Source: Candidatus Parcubacteria bacterium | Lineage (GTDB): Bacteria; Patescibacteriota; Minisyncoccia; UBA6257; HR35 | DNA length: 64,000 nt | Direction: 5' to 3' | Assembly: GCA_026004495.1 (NCBI GenBank) | Contig: BPJG01000001.1 | Location: 432,527-496,526, forward strand | Shown here: positions 1-12,612 of the stretch, piece after piece | Position numbering within the stretch: the stretch's first letter is position 1 | Layout of the letters: each line of letters begins with the position of its first letter | Translations under genes and position numbers: made by a program | Notes under the pieces: model-generated | What the model was told of the DNA's origin: nothing | Databases searched by the model: none | Seen by the model: only the letters and a program-made list of their open reading frames with translations

Positions 1-840
1 TTGGCCTTGCTTTCACCTTCTTTAATAAATTTAAAAAAAGAACAAATAAGCAACCAACACATATTACCAATTCAACTTTTTATTGGTAGCTTAGTTTGCT
101 TGGGAATTATTATTAATATTTATAATTTTTATATAGTAAGGACAATTATTTTAGGATTAACCAATCCTGACCCTAAGCAAAGTATTAATATTTTTGAGAA
201 ATTAGCTCAAAGAAAATCTCAATTTTTGCCAGAAATAGCCTTGATGACTAATAGATATCTTGAATCTAATTTAGATAAAATTAATAATTTTGAAATAATA
301 AATAAATCTTTTGATATATATATTAAAGCATTTAATTTGGATAATTATGATACAAGACTTTTTAATGCTATTCAATTGAATATTTTAAGAATATTAAATG
401 CTAAAAAGATTTTAAATTTAGATTATTCTCAAGAAAAAATTATTCTTGACCAACTTTTTGAAAAATATCTTAAAGAATATCCCCGCCTTTTAGATATTAA
501 ATTTCAATATGTTGAATATTTAAATCTTATTGATGGGAAAGATAAAGCTTATAATTTTTTAAGATCTTTTGAGACTGAATCTTTAAATAATGTTCGTTAT
601 GCCTATATGTATTTATTTGGTCTATATAATTTTGATCAAGAAAAGGCTTATAATTATTATTTAAAGATGGTTGATTTGAATTATAAACCTAGAAACCAGT
701 CAGATTATTTAATCGCCTTGAGGGTAGTAAAAAATAAAAATAAAGATTTATTCGAAAATTTAAGAAAAGAATATTTAGAAAATTTTAATAATCCAAAAGA
801 TATTCAATTTCTTAATTCACAATTAAAACTTGACAAATAA
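1..840 (+). CDS. 5'-truncated membrane protein with helical TPR-like C-terminal region (possibly the tail of an O-antigen-ligase/oligosaccharyltransferase-like protein)
   Basis: ORF open from the window edge; hydrophobic segment LFIGSLVCLGIIINIY followed by alpha-helical repeat-like sequence. Family assignment is a guess. Confidence 0.4.
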   Translation: MALLSPSLINLKKEQISNQHILPIQLFIGSLVCLGIIINIYNFYIVRTIILGLTNPDPKQSINIFEKLAQRKSQFLPEIALMTNRYLESNLDKINNFEIINKSFDIYIKAFNLDNYDTRLFNAIQLNILRILNAKKILNLDYSQEKIILDQLFEKYLKEYPRLLDIKFQYVEYLNLIDGKDKAYNFLRSFETESLNNVRYAYMYLFGLYNFDQEKAYNYYLKMVDLNYKPRNQSDYLIALRVVKNKNKDLFENLRKEYLENFNNPKDIQFLNSQLKLDK

Positions 841-858
841 TTAATTTAAATTTATAAT
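830..858 (+). promoter_or_regulatory. sigma70 promoter for rpoBC
   Basis: Perfect TTGACA (830-835), 17 bp, TATAAT (853-858), upstream of the rpoB ATG at 953. Confidence 0.8.
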
Positions 859-952
859 TTAATTGAATTCTTAAACCATATTTTTTATTTTAAGATTAAT
901 GAAATTTTAACTATTTATTTTATTTATCAAAGACTTTTTATAAAAGTCTAAT

Positions 953-3900
953 ATGTTTTTTACTAAAAAAAATTTTTCAAAATCTGTTTTTATAGAGCCA
1001 GAAAATCTTATTTCTTTTCAAAAAGAAAGATATAATCAATTTATTAATTTTGGAATTAAAAAAATTTTTAAAGAATTTTTTCCTATTTCAGATTATTCGG
1101 AAAAAGAATTAAAATTAGAATTTATTGATTGTTATTTAGGTCAACCAAAAATTTCAGAAGAAGAAGCAAAAGAAAAAGGTTGGACATATTCAGCTCCCCT
1201 AAGAGTAATTTTAAGATCTCATAATCTTATAAATAATCAAAAGGTTGATCAGGAAGTATATTTTGGAGATATTCCTCTGATTAATGATAGAGGAATATTT
1301 ATTATTAACGGTAATGAAAGAATAATAATTAATCAATTTTTAAGATCACCAGGAGTTTATTTTACTGCACTTCCTTTTGGAGAAAAAAAATTATTTGGAG
1401 CTAAAATAATTCCCCTAAGAGGAGCTTGGTTAGAATTTCAAATTGAATCAAACAATATTTTACAAGTTAGAATTGATCGCAGGAAAAAAGTATTAGCAAC
1501 TACTTTACTAAAATCATTTGGTATTTCAGAGGAAGAAATTAAAAATGAATTTAAAGACTTGGATTATTCAATAAATGTAATTAGAGATACTCTTAAAAAA
1601 GACGATTTAAAAGATAATGAAGAAGCTTTATTGTATATTCACTCTAAGTTAAGAAGTTTTGAGCCCAATACTTTCGATAACGCTTTAACATTTTTTGAGA
1701 ATTTATTTAGAAATAATCAAAAATATTCTTTATCAGAAGTTGGTAGATATCACCTTAATAGACGATTAAATTTAGATATTGATTCTTTATTGCTTCAACC
1801 TCAAGATTTAATTGCTATTGTTAAGGAGATACTAAGATTACAAGCTGACCCTGAAGCCCAGCCAGATGATATGGATGCCTTATGGAACAGAAGAATTAAG
1901 GGGATAAATGAACTTTTAGAAAATCAAACAAGAATTGCTTTAATGCGGATGATAAAAATTATTAAGGATAAGTTAAATGTTGTTGATAAATCAGATAAAA
2001 TATATCCAGGACAATTTATTTATTCTAAAATTTTTTCTAATGCTATTAATGAATTCTTCAATCTTTCTCCCCTTTCTCAGCTAGCAACGCAAGTAAATAT
2101 CTTATCTGAATTAGAACATAAAAGAAGGTTAACTGCCTCAGGCCCAGGTGGTGTCTCTAAAGAAAGAGCAGGTTTTGAAGTAAGAGATGTTCATCCTACT
2201 CATTATGGCAAAATTTGTTGCGTTCAGACACCAGAAGGAACTAATATTGGTTTAATAACTTATCAAGCTATTTATGCCAAAATTAATGATTTTGGATTTT
2301 TAGAAACACCATATTATCCTGTTAAAAATGGGAAAATAGATAAGGATAAAATAGTTTATTTAACAGCTTTAGAAGAAAAAAAATATAAAATTGCAAGTTA
2401 TACAGATAAAATTGATAAAAATGGTCAACTTTTAGATGAATTAGTTGAGGGTAGAATTTATGGGGAGCCTACAGTTATCCCAAGAGAGGAAGTGGAATTT
2501 ATTGATATTTCTCCTAATCAAATATTTTCAGTTGCTACCAATCTTATACCTTTCCTTAATCACGATGACGCTAATCGTGCTCAAATGGGCTCTAATATGC
2601 AAAAACAAGCTGTTCATTTAATAAATCCTCAGCCCCCTATTGTTAGTACTGGAATTGAAGAAATAGTAGCTAAAAATAGTGGTTACTTGATTTATGCTGA
2701 AGCAGACGGAGATATTGTTGAAGTTGATGCTAGCCATTTAGTTGTTAATTATAAAATAAAAAATAAAACTGAAAAAAAATGTTATTATTTAAAAAAATAC
2801 GCAAAAACAAATGATTTTACATTTATTAATCAAAAACCAGTTGTTAAGAAAGCTCAAAAAGTTAAAAAAGGAGATTTATTAGTAGATGTTTCAGGCACTA
2901 AAAATGGCATTTTATCTCTAGGTGCTAATATTTTAGTAGCCTTTTTGAGTTTTAAGGGTTACAATTTCGAAGATGCAATTATAGTTTCTGAAAGATTACT
3001 AAAAGAAGATACCCTTACTTCTATTTCAATTGAAGAATTTTCTATTGATGTTAGAGAAACAAAGTTAGGCATTGAAGAAACAACTAGTGATATTCCTGGG
3101 GTTCCAGATGGAAAGTTAAGAAATTTGGATGAAGAAGGGATTGTAAGATTAGGAGCTAAAGTTAAGGCAGGAGATATTTTAGTAGGTAAAATTACCCCTA
3201 AGAAGGATATAGAATTAACACCTGAAGAGAAATTATTAAAGGCTATATTTGGAGAAAAAGTTCAAGAAGTTAAAGATACTTCTCTTTATTTAGAACCAGG
3301 AAAATCTGGTAGGGTAACAAAAATTAAAATTTTAGAAAGAAGTAAAGGTGAATTATTTGATCCCGGAGTAATTAAAAGAATTTATGTTGAAATTTCAAAG
3401 TTAAAGAAACTTCAAGTTGGTGATAAATTAGCTAATCGTCATGGCAATAAGGGCGTTATTTCTATTATCTTGCCAGAAGAAGATATGCCATTCTTACCCG
3501 ATGGTAGACCGATAGATATTGTCTTAAATCCCTTAGGTATAGTTTCAAGAATGAATTTAGGTCAAGTTTTAGAGATGCATTTAGGCTATGCAGCTTATAA
3601 ATTAGGTTATCGAGCTATAGTTCCTGGAATATCTGATTTATCTGAAGAAGAAATAAAGGCTGAATTAAGAAAAGCTAATTTACCAGAAGATGGTAAGGTA
3701 ACTTTATATGATGGAGAAACTGGCGAACCATTTAAAGAAAAAATATCAGTTGGAATAATGTATATTATGAAATTAGTTCATATGGCTGAAGATAAAATAC
3801 ACGCTCGATCAATTGGTCCTTATTCTCTTATTACTCAGCAACCATTAGGAGGAAAAGCTCAATTTGGTGGACAAAGGTTGGGAGAAATGGAAATCTGGGC

Positions 3901-4171
3901 TTTGGAGGCATATGGTGCAGTTAATACACTTCAAGAAATGTTAACAATTAAATCTGATGATGTTATCGGTAGAGGACAAACTTATGCTAAGATAATTAAA
4001 GGTGAACCCATTAAGCCACCTAGCATTCCAACAGCATTTAATTTATTAATTAAAGAATTAAATAGCCTGGGATTGAGTATTGAAATTAAATATTTTGATA
4101 AAAAATCTAAACAACAGGAATTAATTCCCGAAGAATCAGAAGAAAAAATTAATATTACCAAAGAAGAATAA
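953..4171 (+). CDS. rpoB: RNA polymerase beta subunit
   Basis: Motifs [62 protein letters not shown]. Confidence 0.99.
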   Translation: MFFTKKNFSKSVFIEPENLISFQKERYNQFINFGIKKIFKEFFPISDYSEKELKLEFIDCYLGQPKISEEEAKEKGWTYSAPLRVILRSHNLINNQKVDQEVYFGDIPLINDRGIFIINGNERIIINQFLRSPGVYFTALPFGEKKLFGAKIIPLRGAWLEFQIESNNILQVRIDRRKKVLATTLLKSFGISEEEIKNEFKDLDYSINVIRDTLKKDDLKDNEEALLYIHSKLRSFEPNTFDNALTFFENLFRNNQKYSLSEVGRYHLNRRLNLDIDSLLLQPQDLIAIVKEILRLQADPEAQPDDMDALWNRRIKGINELLENQTRIALMRMIKIIKDKLNVVDKSDKIYPGQFIYSKIFSNAINEFFNLSPLSQLATQVNILSELEHKRRLTASGPGGVSKERAGFEVRDVHPTHYGKICCVQTPEGTNIGLITYQAIYAKINDFGFLETPYYPVKNGKIDKDKIVYLTALEEKKYKIASYTDKIDKNGQLLDELVEGRIYGEPTVIPREEVEFIDISPNQIFSVATNLIPFLNHDDANRAQMGSNMQKQAVHLINPQPPIVSTGIEEIVAKNSGYLIYAEADGDIVEVDASHLVVNYKIKNKTEKKCYYLKKYAKTNDFTFINQKPVVKKAQKVKKGDLLVDVSGTKNGILSLGANILVAFLSFKGYNFEDAIIVSERLLKEDTLTSISIEEFSIDVRETKLGIEETTSDIPGVPDGKLRNLDEEGIVRLGAKVKAGDILVGKITPKKDIELTPEEKLLKAIFGEKVQEVKDTSLYLEPGKSGRVTKIKILERSKGELFDPGVIKRIYVEISKLKKLQVGDKLANRHGNKGVISIILPEEDMPFLPDGRPIDIVLNPLGIVSRMNLGQVLEMHLGYAAYKLGYRAIVPGISDLSEEEIKAELRKANLPEDGKVTLYDGETGEPFKEKISVGIMYIMKLVHMAEDKIHARSIGPYSLITQQPLGGKAQFGGQRLGEMEIWALEAYGAVNTLQEMLTIKSDDVIGRGQTYAKIIKGEPIKPPSIPTAFNLLIKELNSLGLSIEIKYFDKKSKQQELIPEESEEKINITKEE

Positions 4172-4173
4172 AA

Positions 4174-7100
4174 ATGTATATTTCAAACCCTGAAGATATA
4201 AAATCAATTTTAATTAGATTATCTTCACCTGATGATATTTTAAAAAATTCAAATGGTGAAGTTGTTAAGCCAGAAACTATTAATTATCGAACAGGTAAAC
4301 CTTATAGAGAAGGACTTTTTTCAGAAATTATTTTTGGCCCTCTTAAAGATTTTGAATGTTCCTGTGGAAAATATAAAGGTCAACAATTTGCTGGCTTAAA
4401 ATGTGATCGTTGCGGAGTTGATGTTGTTCGCTCAAATGTAAGAAGAGAAAGAATGGGACATATTACCTTGGCTACACCTATTTGCCATATATGGTTTTTA
4501 AAAATATATCCCTATCCTATTTCTTTAATTTTAGATATACCCAATTTTCAATTAGAAAAAGTTATCTATTATTCAGCCTATATCATAACTAAAGTTAATG
4601 AAGATGAAAAAAATAAGTTATTAAAAAATATTGAAGCTGAGTACAAAGAGAAAATTAAAGATGCTAATAAGAATAAGAAAGAAATTAAGGAAATATTTGA
4701 GAAGATAAAAGAAGAAATAAATAATATAAAGGTTAAAAGAGTTATTTCAGATGTAGAATATTATATTTATTCTAAAAAGTACCCTAATATTTTTGAAGTA
4801 GGAATGGGTGCTGATGTTATTAGAAGATTCTTGGAGGATTTAGATTTAGAAGAGGAATATAAACGAACATTAGAAAACTTTAAAAAAGCTAAAAATATTG
4901 AAAAAAAGAGAATATCTCTTAAACTTAAAATTTTAAAATCTTTTATTAAGAATAACATCAGGCCGGAATGGATGATGTTAACAATTCTTCCAGTTATTCC
5001 TGCAGACTTAAGACCTATCGTTACTTTAGAGGGTGGCAAATTGGTTTCTTCTGACTTAAATGATTTGTATCGTCGAATAATAAATAGAAATAATAGACTT
5101 AAGAGGTTATATGAAATAAAGGCACCAGAAATAATTATTCGTAATGAAAAAAGAATGCTTCAGGAAGCAGTCGATGCTTTATTAGATAATTCCCTAAGAA
5201 AAGAAAAATTATCGCTTTCTCAAAGAAAAGTTTTGAAATCTTTAGCAGATATGTTAAGGGGAAAACAAGGAAGATTTAGACAAAATTTACTGGGTAAAAG
5301 AGTTGACTATTCTGGTCGAGGAGTAATTGTGATTGATCCCAATTTAGCAATTGATGAATTTGGTTTACCTAAAAAAATTGCCCTAGAAATTTTCAAGCCT
5401 TTTATAATTTATGAATTATTATCTAAAGATATTGCTGTTACTATAAAACAAGCTATTTATTTAATTGAAAGTGAAGATCCGGAAGCTATTCAAGTTTTAA
5501 ATAATATTATTAAAAATAAATATTGCTTACTAAACAGGGCTCCTACTCTTCACCGATTAGGTATTCAAGCATTTAAGCCTATTTTAGTTGAAGGAATGAC
5601 AATTAAAATCCCACCATTAGTATGTACTGCCTTTAATGCCGACTTTGATGGTGATCAAATGGCGGTATTTTTACCACTTAGCGAAGAAGCTCAAAAAGAG
5701 GCAGAAGAATTAATTTTAGCTTCAAAAAATAATCTTAAACCAGGGGTTGGAGAAATTATTACTAATCCAACTAAAGATATTATTTTAGGTATTTACTACT
5801 TAACTCAATTATTGCCTAATAAGAAAGGTGAAGGTACAATTGTTTATAACGAAAGGGAAGCTAAGTACTTATATTTTAATAATTTAATAGATCTTCAGGC
5901 AGAAATAATTGTTAAAATGTGTAAAAATGAATCAAATATTAAAACTACTGTTGGAAGATTAATTTTTAATGAAATTTTACCAGAAGATTATCCCTTTATT
6001 AATCAAGTTTTAACAAAAAAGGTTTTGAGTAATATAATAGAAGACATTTATGATAAATATGGTAACAATAAAATCGTTGTTTTATTAGAGAATATAAAGA
6101 AATTAGGATTTTACTATGCTACTTATTCAGGTATTTCATGGTCATACGATGATTTAAAAATTAATTCTAATAAATATGAAATTATTAAAAAAAGTTACGA
6201 TAGAGAAAAAGAAATAATTGAAGCTTATGAATCAGGATTGCTAAATAATGAAGAAAAAAAATCAAGAATAATTAGTTTATGGCTTGAAACATCTAATCAA
6301 ATAAATAATGATTTAAGAAAATTTTTAAATGATGAAAATAACCCCAAAAGAATGATTGATTCGGGAGCAAGGGGATCTTATACTCAATTAGGTCAGATGG
6401 CGGGAATGAAAGGATTGGTAGAAAATCCTAAGGGAGAAATTATTGATCTTCCTATCATTCATTCTTATAAAGAAGGTTTGTCACCCCTTGAATATTTTAT
6501 TAGTACTCACGGAGCTCGAAAAGGTGCCTCTGATACTGCTCTTAAAACAGCTAGGGCAGGTTATCTTACAAGAAGAATGGTAGATGTTGCCCATGATTTA
6601 ATTACTATTGAAGAAGATTGTGGCGATGAAGAAGGTATTGTTTTAACCAAAGAAGAAGCAGAAGAAGTAGGAGAAACTTTAGCTACCAGAATATTCTCTC
6701 GTGTTTCATTGGAAACTATTTTTGATAAAGATGGGAATGTAATAATTAATAAGGGAGATTATATTGATAGAAAATTATCTGAATTAATTGCTAAAAATGT
6801 AGATAAGATTATAGTGAGATCACCATTTACTTGTAAATCTTTGTTTGGTATTTGTAGTAAATGCTATGGTTTTGATTTAGCCTATAATAAACCTGTTAAA
6901 TTAGGAACTCCAGTAGGAATTATAGCAGCTCAATCAATAGGTGAACCAGCTACCCAGCTGACAATGAGAACCTTTCATGTTGGTGGAGTAGCTGGAGCCG
7001 GTGATATAACTCAAGGAGTGCCCAGAGCTGAAGAAATTTTAGAAGCAAGAAAACCTAAAAATTATAGTGTTCTTTCACCTATTAATGGTAAAATAGTTGG

Positions 7101-7719
7101 AATAGAAAAATCTAGTCGTTATTGGAAAATTACTATTAAAGGTATACATCAAAAAAAAATTATTATTCATGTTCCTTTGTCATTAACCCTTAATATTAAA
7201 TTAGGTGAAAGAGTTAAGAAAGGTCAAGCTCTTAATGAAGGAGTTAAAGATCCTAAAGAAATTTATGTCTATCATGGAAAAATGGCAGCATTTAAATATA
7301 TTATTAATGAAATAAAAAAAGTTTACAATTTCCAAGGCGCTGAAGTTCATGATAAACATTTAGAAATAATCATTAGAAAAATGTTTTCTAGAGTAAAAAT
7401 CAAAGAAGTCGGAGATAGTGATTTTGTTTATGGCGATATAGTTGAAAAAGATATCTTTTTATTAAAAAATAAAAAATTAAAAATGGAAAATAAAAAACCT
7501 GCTAAAGGAATTTTACTTTTATTAGGTATAACTAAAACAGCTTTAACTAGTGAAAGCTTTTTATCTTCTGCCTCTTTCCAGGAAACCGCAAGAGTGTTAA
7601 CACGAAGCGCTTTAGAATCAAAAGAAGATTATTTGAGAGGTTTGAAAGAGAATATTATTTTAGGAAGAAAGCCATTTATAGGTAATAATTTTAGAAAAAT
7701 AGAAATTAATATTGACTAA
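4174..7719 (+). CDS. rpoC: RNA polymerase beta' subunit
   Basis: Zn finger [32 protein letters not shown], catalytic [23 protein letters not shown]. Confidence 0.99.
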   Translation: MYISNPEDIKSILIRLSSPDDILKNSNGEVVKPETINYRTGKPYREGLFSEIIFGPLKDFECSCGKYKGQQFAGLKCDRCGVDVVRSNVRRERMGHITLATPICHIWFLKIYPYPISLILDIPNFQLEKVIYYSAYIITKVNEDEKNKLLKNIEAEYKEKIKDANKNKKEIKEIFEKIKEEINNIKVKRVISDVEYYIYSKKYPNIFEVGMGADVIRRFLEDLDLEEEYKRTLENFKKAKNIEKKRISLKLKILKSFIKNNIRPEWMMLTILPVIPADLRPIVTLEGGKLVSSDLNDLYRRIINRNNRLKRLYEIKAPEIIIRNEKRMLQEAVDALLDNSLRKEKLSLSQRKVLKSLADMLRGKQGRFRQNLLGKRVDYSGRGVIVIDPNLAIDEFGLPKKIALEIFKPFIIYELLSKDIAVTIKQAIYLIESEDPEAIQVLNNIIKNKYCLLNRAPTLHRLGIQAFKPILVEGMTIKIPPLVCTAFNADFDGDQMAVFLPLSEEAQKEAEELILASKNNLKPGVGEIITNPTKDIILGIYYLTQLLPNKKGEGTIVYNEREAKYLYFNNLIDLQAEIIVKMCKNESNIKTTVGRLIFNEILPEDYPFINQVLTKKVLSNIIEDIYDKYGNNKIVVLLENIKKLGFYYATYSGISWSYDDLKINSNKYEIIKKSYDREKEIIEAYESGLLNNEEKKSRIISLWLETSNQINNDLRKFLNDENNPKRMIDSGARGSYTQLGQMAGMKGLVENPKGEIIDLPIIHSYKEGLSPLEYFISTHGARKGASDTALKTARAGYLTRRMVDVAHDLITIEEDCGDEEGIVLTKEEAEEVGETLATRIFSRVSLETIFDKDGNVIINKGDYIDRKLSELIAKNVDKIIVRSPFTCKSLFGICSKCYGFDLAYNKPVKLGTPVGIIAAQSIGEPATQLTMRTFHVGGVAGAGDITQGVPRAEEILEARKPKNYSVLSPINGKIVGIEKSSRYWKITIKGIHQKKIIIHVPLSLTLNIKLGERVKKGQALNEGVKDPKEIYVYHGKMAAFKYIINEIKKVYNFQGAEVHDKHLEIIIRKMFSRVKIKEVGDSDFVYGDIVEKDIFLLKNKKLKMENKKPAKGILLLLGITKTALTSESFLSSASFQETARVLTRSALESKEDYLRGLKENIILGRKPFIGNNFRKIEINID

Positions 7720-7740
7720 TTAATTAAAATTTTTTAAAAT
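7712..7740 (+). promoter_or_regulatory. sigma70 promoter for tuf
   Basis: TTGACT (7712-7717), 17 bp, TAAAAT (7735-7740). Confidence 0.6.
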
Positions 7741-7822
7741 TATATTTATATAAGATATTTTTTAAAACTTCATCTTAAAGACAACTAAGGTCGTTTTTAA
7801 TTATTTTCTTTAAAAATATAAA

Positions 7823-9019
7823 ATGGCAGCTAAATTTGAAAGAACAAAACCACATTTAAACGTAGGAACAATAGGTCATATCGATCATGGTAAGACAACC
7901 CTTACAGCAGCAATTCAACATGTTTTAAAGCTAAAGGGTTTATTAGAAAAAGCAGAATCAGTCGATGAAATTGATAATGCTCCCGAAGAAAAAGCTAGAG
8001 GAATTACTATTAATATTCATCATTCTGAATATGAAACCGATAAAAGGCATTATGCTCATATTGATTGTCCAGGCCATGCTGATTATATTAAAAATATGAT
8101 TATCGGAGCTGCTCAAATGGATGGAGCAATTTTAGTTGTTGCTGCTAACGATGGAGTTATGGCTCAGACAAAGGAACACATACTTTTAGCTCGACAAGTT
8201 AATGTTCCAGCAATAGTTGTTTTTTTAAATAAAGTTGATATGGTGCCTGATAAAGAATTAATTGATTTAGCAGAAGAGGATGTAAGAAATGAGCTAAAAA
8301 AATATGGATTTCCTGGAGATGAAATACCTGTAATCAGAGGTTCAGCTCTTAAAGCTCTAGAAGCTAATTCAATCGATGATCCTTGGACAAAATCTATATT
8401 AGAACTATTAGATGCTTTAGATACTTATATTCCTGAACCAATAAGGGAGGTTAATAAACCATTTATTTTGCCCATTGAAGATGTTTTTTCAATCGCTGGA
8501 AGAGGAACGGTTGTTACTGGTAGAGTCGAAAGAGGTATTTTAAAAATTAATGAAGAAGTAGAGATAGTAGGTTTAAGAGATAAACCATTGAAAACAGTTG
8601 TAACTGGAATTGAAATGTTTCATAAACAATTAGATGAAGCACATCCAGGTGATAATGTTGGTATTCTTCTAAGGGGTGTAGATAAGAATGAAGTAGAAAG
8701 AGGTATGGTAATTGCTAAACCTGGTTCTATTACTCCTCATACAGAATTTGAAGCAGAAGTTTATGTTTTAACACCTGAAGAGGGTGGTAGGCATACTCCG
8801 TTTCATAGTGGCTATAAGCCTCAATTTTATTTTAGAACAACTGATGTAACTGGTGAAATTTCTTTATCCGAAGGAATTGAAGCAGTAATACCTGGAGATA
8901 ATGCTAATCTTAGGGTAAAACTTTTATATCCTATTGCTCTTGAAGAAGGTTTAAGATTTGCTATTCGTGAAGGTGGAAGAACAGTAGGTGCGGGTGTAGT
9001 AACAAAAATAATTAAATAG
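7823..9019 (+). CDS. tuf: Elongation factor Tu
   Basis: [39 protein letters not shown]. Confidence 0.99.
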   Translation: MAAKFERTKPHLNVGTIGHIDHGKTTLTAAIQHVLKLKGLLEKAESVDEIDNAPEEKARGITINIHHSEYETDKRHYAHIDCPGHADYIKNMIIGAAQMDGAILVVAANDGVMAQTKEHILLARQVNVPAIVVFLNKVDMVPDKELIDLAEEDVRNELKKYGFPGDEIPVIRGSALKALEANSIDDPWTKSILELLDALDTYIPEPIREVNKPFILPIEDVFSIAGRGTVVTGRVERGILKINEEVEIVGLRDKPLKTVVTGIEMFHKQLDEAHPGDNVGILLRGVDKNEVERGMVIAKPGSITPHTEFEAEVYVLTPEEGGRHTPFHSGYKPQFYFRTTDVTGEISLSEGIEAVIPGDNANLRVKLLYPIALEEGLRFAIREGGRTVGAGVVTKIIK

Positions 9020-9086
9020 CAAACTTTAGTTCAATATTCTTAAATAAATAACTAAACATATTGAAATTATTAAATATTATATTTTA

Positions 9087-9416
9087 ATGATGGTTAATAA
9101 ACAAAAAGTAGAGCAGAAATTAAGAATCAGATTAAAATCTTATGATCATAAATTAATAGAAAAATATTCTCGTCAATTAGTTGATGCTTTAATTAAAGAA
9201 GGAATGCAAATCAAAGGGCCTGTACCTTTGCCTACAGAAATAAAAAAATATACGGTTAATAGATCTCCTTTTATTTATAAAGATTCTCGTGAACAATTTG
9301 AGTTAAGAATTCATAAAAGATTAATTGATGTTCTTAACCCTACCCAAAGAGTAGTTGAGTTATTTTCTTATTTAGATCTTCCTGCTGGTGTTGAAATAGA
9401 GTTAAAAATGATTTAA
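9087..9416 (+). CDS. rpsJ: 30S ribosomal protein S10
   Basis: RIRLKSYDHKLI, GPVPLPT, SREQFELRIHKRLIDV. Confidence 0.98.
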   Translation: MMVNKQKVEQKLRIRLKSYDHKLIEKYSRQLVDALIKEGMQIKGPVPLPTEIKKYTVNRSPFIYKDSREQFELRIHKRLIDVLNPTQRVVELFSYLDLPAGVEIELKMI

Positions 9417-9466
9417 TTCAATAACTAATTCTTAGTAATTTAATTTAAATTTTGGTAAATTTTAAA

Positions 9467-10069
9467 ATGATAAAATTTATATTAGGCAAAAAATTAAGTA
9501 TGATAACCTATTTTAAAGATTATAAAGCATTGCCGGCAACTGTAATTTCAGTTATGAAATGTAAGATAAAAAATATATTAACAGAAGATAAAGAAGGCTA
9601 TAATGCAATTAAATTAGAATGTTATGATGAGAGAGGTAAAAAATATTTGAAAGAATTTAGAATTCCTAAAGACTTGATAGGTAATTTTAAAGTAGATGAT
9701 TCTATAGATATTAATATATTTGAAAATTCTGATAAATTAAGTGTTACAGGTATCTCAAAGGGTAAAGGCTTTCAAGGGGTGGTAAAAAGGTGGGGATTCA
9801 GAGATGCTCCACGAACACATGGGCAAACTACTAAATATCGTCATCCTGGATCAATTGGCCCTACTACCCCACAAAGAGTAAGAAAAGGATTAAAAATGGC
9901 AGGTAGAATGGGGAATCAAAGGGTAGTAGTTAAAAACTTAGAGGTTTTAGATATAGATAAAGAAAATAATTTGTTAATAGTTAAAGGTTCAGTGCCTGGA
10001 AACCGAAAGAGTGTATTAGAAATAAGAAATAAAGAATTAACAAGAAAGGGTAAATTGGTAAAAAAATAA
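9467..10069 (+). CDS. rplC: 50S ribosomal protein L3
   Basis: SKGKGFQGVVKRWGF, HG..RHPGSIG, KMAGRMG. ATG at 9467 preferred over TTG 9452. Confidence 0.97.
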   Translation: MIKFILGKKLSMITYFKDYKALPATVISVMKCKIKNILTEDKEGYNAIKLECYDERGKKYLKEFRIPKDLIGNFKVDDSIDINIFENSDKLSVTGISKGKGFQGVVKRWGFRDAPRTHGQTTKYRHPGSIGPTTPQRVRKGLKMAGRMGNQRVVVKNLEVLDIDKENNLLIVKGSVPGNRKSVLEIRNKELTRKGKLVKK

Positions 10070-10072
10070 AAA

Positions 10073-10720
10073 ATGAATCTTAAGGTATATAATCAACAAG
10101 GTCAAGAAATAGACGAAATTGAAGTAAATGGTATTTTTGATAGTTTAAAATTTAATCCAGACTTAGTTCATCAGGTTATGCGTTGGCAGATTTTGAATAA
10201 TTATTATCCTTGGGCACATACTAAAACAAGAGCTGAAGTAAGCGGAGGCGGTAGAAAGCCTTGGCGCCAAAAAGGAACAGGAAGAGCCAGGCATGGATCA
10301 ATAAGATCACCAATCTGGCGTGGGGGAGGAATATCCTTTGGGCCAAGAAAAGATAAAATTAGAGCTATTAGGATTAATAAAAAAATGAAACGAAAAGCAA
10401 TCTTAATGGTTTTAGCAGAAAAAATGAGAAGAGATTATGTTAAGGTTTTAGATACATTAATTCCTTCTAAATTTAAAACAAAAATAATGGATAAAATATT
10501 AAGTAATTTCTTAGAAAAAAGAAGGACAAAAAAGAAAAGAGAATCAGCTCTAATTGTAATTCCTGACAATAATAAAGATTTAATTAGGAGTATTAGAAAC
10601 TTATCTTATGCTGATGCTATTGAAGCCAGAAATTTAAATATTCTTTCCTTACTTAATCATAAATATATTTTTTTAGAACCTAAAAGTTTGGAAGTAATTA
10701 AAGAAACATTTATAAAATAA
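10073..10720 (+). CDS. rplD: 50S ribosomal protein L4
   Basis: TKTRAEVSGGGRKPWRQKGTGRARHGSIRSPIWRGGG. Confidence 0.98.
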   Translation: MNLKVYNQQGQEIDEIEVNGIFDSLKFNPDLVHQVMRWQILNNYYPWAHTKTRAEVSGGGRKPWRQKGTGRARHGSIRSPIWRGGGISFGPRKDKIRAIRINKKMKRKAILMVLAEKMRRDYVKVLDTLIPSKFKTKIMDKILSNFLEKRRTKKKRESALIVIPDNNKDLIRSIRNLSYADAIEARNLNILSLLNHKYIFLEPKSLEVIKETFIK

Positions 10721-10724
10721 AAAA

Positions 10725-11144
10725 ATGCCAATAAAGTGGTTTAAAAAGAAGGACAAAGAAGAAAAAGGAGATAAAGAGAGAATAAATCAGCAATCCTCTT
10801 CTTCAATTTCAAAAACTAACAAAAACAAAGAAAACTTAGATTTATCAAAGTCTAATATATTTATTCAAAAAAATTTTGAAATTTTACCAATAATAAGCGA
10901 AAAATCACGACAATTAGTTAATCAAGAAAATACCTATGTTTTTAAAATAAGGCCTACTAATATCAATAAAGTTGAAATTAAAAAAGCAATTGAAAATATC
11001 TTTAAAGTTAAAGTTTTAAAAGTCAGAACTTTTAATTATAAAAAAAGAATTAGAGGTAGAACAAAAGTTCCATCAGTTAGATATAATTTTAAAAAAGCAT
11101 TAGTTAAATTAAAAGAAGGCCAGAAAATAGATATATTCGATTAA
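10725..11144 (+). CDS. rplW: 50S ribosomal protein L23 with N-terminal extension
   Basis: PIISEKS..YVF..NKVEIKKAIENIFKVKV..KKALVKLKEGQKID; follows rplD. Confidence 0.93.
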   Translation: MPIKWFKKKDKEEKGDKERINQQSSSSISKTNKNKENLDLSKSNIFIQKNFEILPIISEKSRQLVNQENTYVFKIRPTNINKVEIKKAIENIFKVKVLKVRTFNYKKRIRGRTKVPSVRYNFKKALVKLKEGQKIDIFD

Positions 11145-11180
11145 ATATTAAATATAAATTTCAAATTGTAAATATTATAA

Positions 11181-11921
11181 TTATTTAGTTCTAAAGCAGA
11201 TAGTTAATCCCTCATCATCACCAGTGCAATTTCCTAAGCAAATATCAATTCTTCTACTCATTGAATTATCGGGATCTCCAAAACAATTAGTAGGATTTCT
11301 GTAAAAACCTACATTTTGATAGACTTGAAAATTACCAGTTCTTGTAGCACCTGGTGGTTGTGTATTATCTTTATATACTCCTGTTTTACCTAAACAAGTT
11401 GGATTATTATTCCAGCCCAACTCTTCACAAGAATAAATTGCTATTAAATCTCCTATGTCGGCATATAATCTACTTAATGTAAATTGACCTTCGAAGGGAA
11501 TACTATTTTGTCTTCCTTCATCAAATATAACTCTTTCACTTTTAGGGTCAAATAGTATTCGTGAATATTCATAATATGAATCTAATAGACTTATAGCAAT
11601 TAAATTTGTTTTGGTTCCAAAATTTAATATTCTAAAAATGTTTTTAGTTATAGTAGCTAAGTAATTTCCAGTAGGTTTAAATTCTATCATAGGTAAACCA
11701 AATGAACTATTATTACTACAAGAATAATTACCATAACAATCATTAGTATAATTTGAAAGACCAATAATTAATTCACGTTCATAACCAGGTGTAGAGGTTA
11801 AATTGTAATAAAATTTAAAACCACGATTATCTGTTTTAAAAACAGTTATTCTATTTTGAGCCAAAACAAAGCTTCCTACTATAATTAAAATAAATAATAA
11901 TATTCTAAATATTTTTATCAT
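11181..11921 (-). CDS. Secreted Cys-rich protein, paralogue 3 of tandem trio
   Basis: Signal peptide ending VLA-Q; shares FKTxNxGF, LIAxYxC, TCLGK, NPxxCFG and LTICxR blocks with its neighbours. Confidence 0.8.
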   Translation of the reverse strand: MIKIFRILLFILIIVGSFVLAQNRITVFKTDNRGFKFYYNLTSTPGYERELIIGLSNYTNDCYGNYSCSNNSSFGLPMIEFKPTGNYLATITKNIFRILNFGTKTNLIAISLLDSYYEYSRILFDPKSERVIFDEGRQNSIPFEGQFTLSRLYADIGDLIAIYSCEELGWNNNPTCLGKTGVYKDNTQPPGATRTGNFQVYQNVGFYRNPTNCFGDPDNSMSRRIDICLGNCTGDDEGLTICFRTK

Positions 11922-12589
11922 TTATTAGTTCTAACGCAAATAGTTAATCCGGATGAATTTCCTCCAACAAAATTATCTACTAATAAACCATTAAAAATAA
12001 TATGACCAAAATCAGGTGAATTGCCAAAGCAAAATAGCGGATTTCCAGCTTTTCCTAAACAAGTTCCACGCGCATCTTTCCACTCACCATCTTCACAGTT
12101 GTAAAAAGCTATTAAATCTTCTATATTTCCATAAATTTTAGCATCATTTACATAATATCCTCCTTCTGGCGCTGGAGTATATTTATAAAAATGAATTTCC
12201 CCAGTATAATTACCTCCACTAAAGTTTGGTGGTATTAAGTCAATAACTATATGATCGTTCGTACTTTGATTAACAGAATAAAGAAGGCTTCTACCGTAAA
12301 ATGGTTTTATTAAAAATTTATATCGATTTCTATTATCACTTGTGTTTGTTGAATAAAAATGAATTGTTGGGATATCTCTTGGGTCTTTCGATAATTCTAG
12401 ATTATAACTTCCGAAATTAGTGGAATATCTTAAATTAAAACCTTTATTATTGGTTTTAAATAGAGTATAAGCAAAATTTTGAGCATAAGAGATAATGTTT
12501 AATAAAAATGGTAAATTGATTAAAAATAAAATTATAAGTGTTGCTTTTAATAAGTTTTCTATAAACTTTAATGTTTTTTTGTTTTCCAT
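11918..12589 (-). CDS. Secreted Cys-rich protein, paralogue 2 of tandem trio
   Basis: Signal/TM segment ending SYA-Q; same conserved blocks; ATGA overlap with the next gene. Confidence 0.8.
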   Translation of the reverse strand: MENKKTLKFIENLLKATLIILFLINLPFLLNIISYAQNFAYTLFKTNNKGFNLRYSTNFGSYNLELSKDPRDIPTIHFYSTNTSDNRNRYKFLIKPFYGRSLLYSVNQSTNDHIVIDLIPPNFSGGNYTGEIHFYKYTPAPEGGYYVNDAKIYGNIEDLIAFYNCEDGEWKDARGTCLGKAGNPLFCFGNSPDFGHIIFNGLLVDNFVGGNSSGLTICVRTNK

Positions 12590-12612
12590 TTTTTAAATTT
12601 TATTTATAAATA

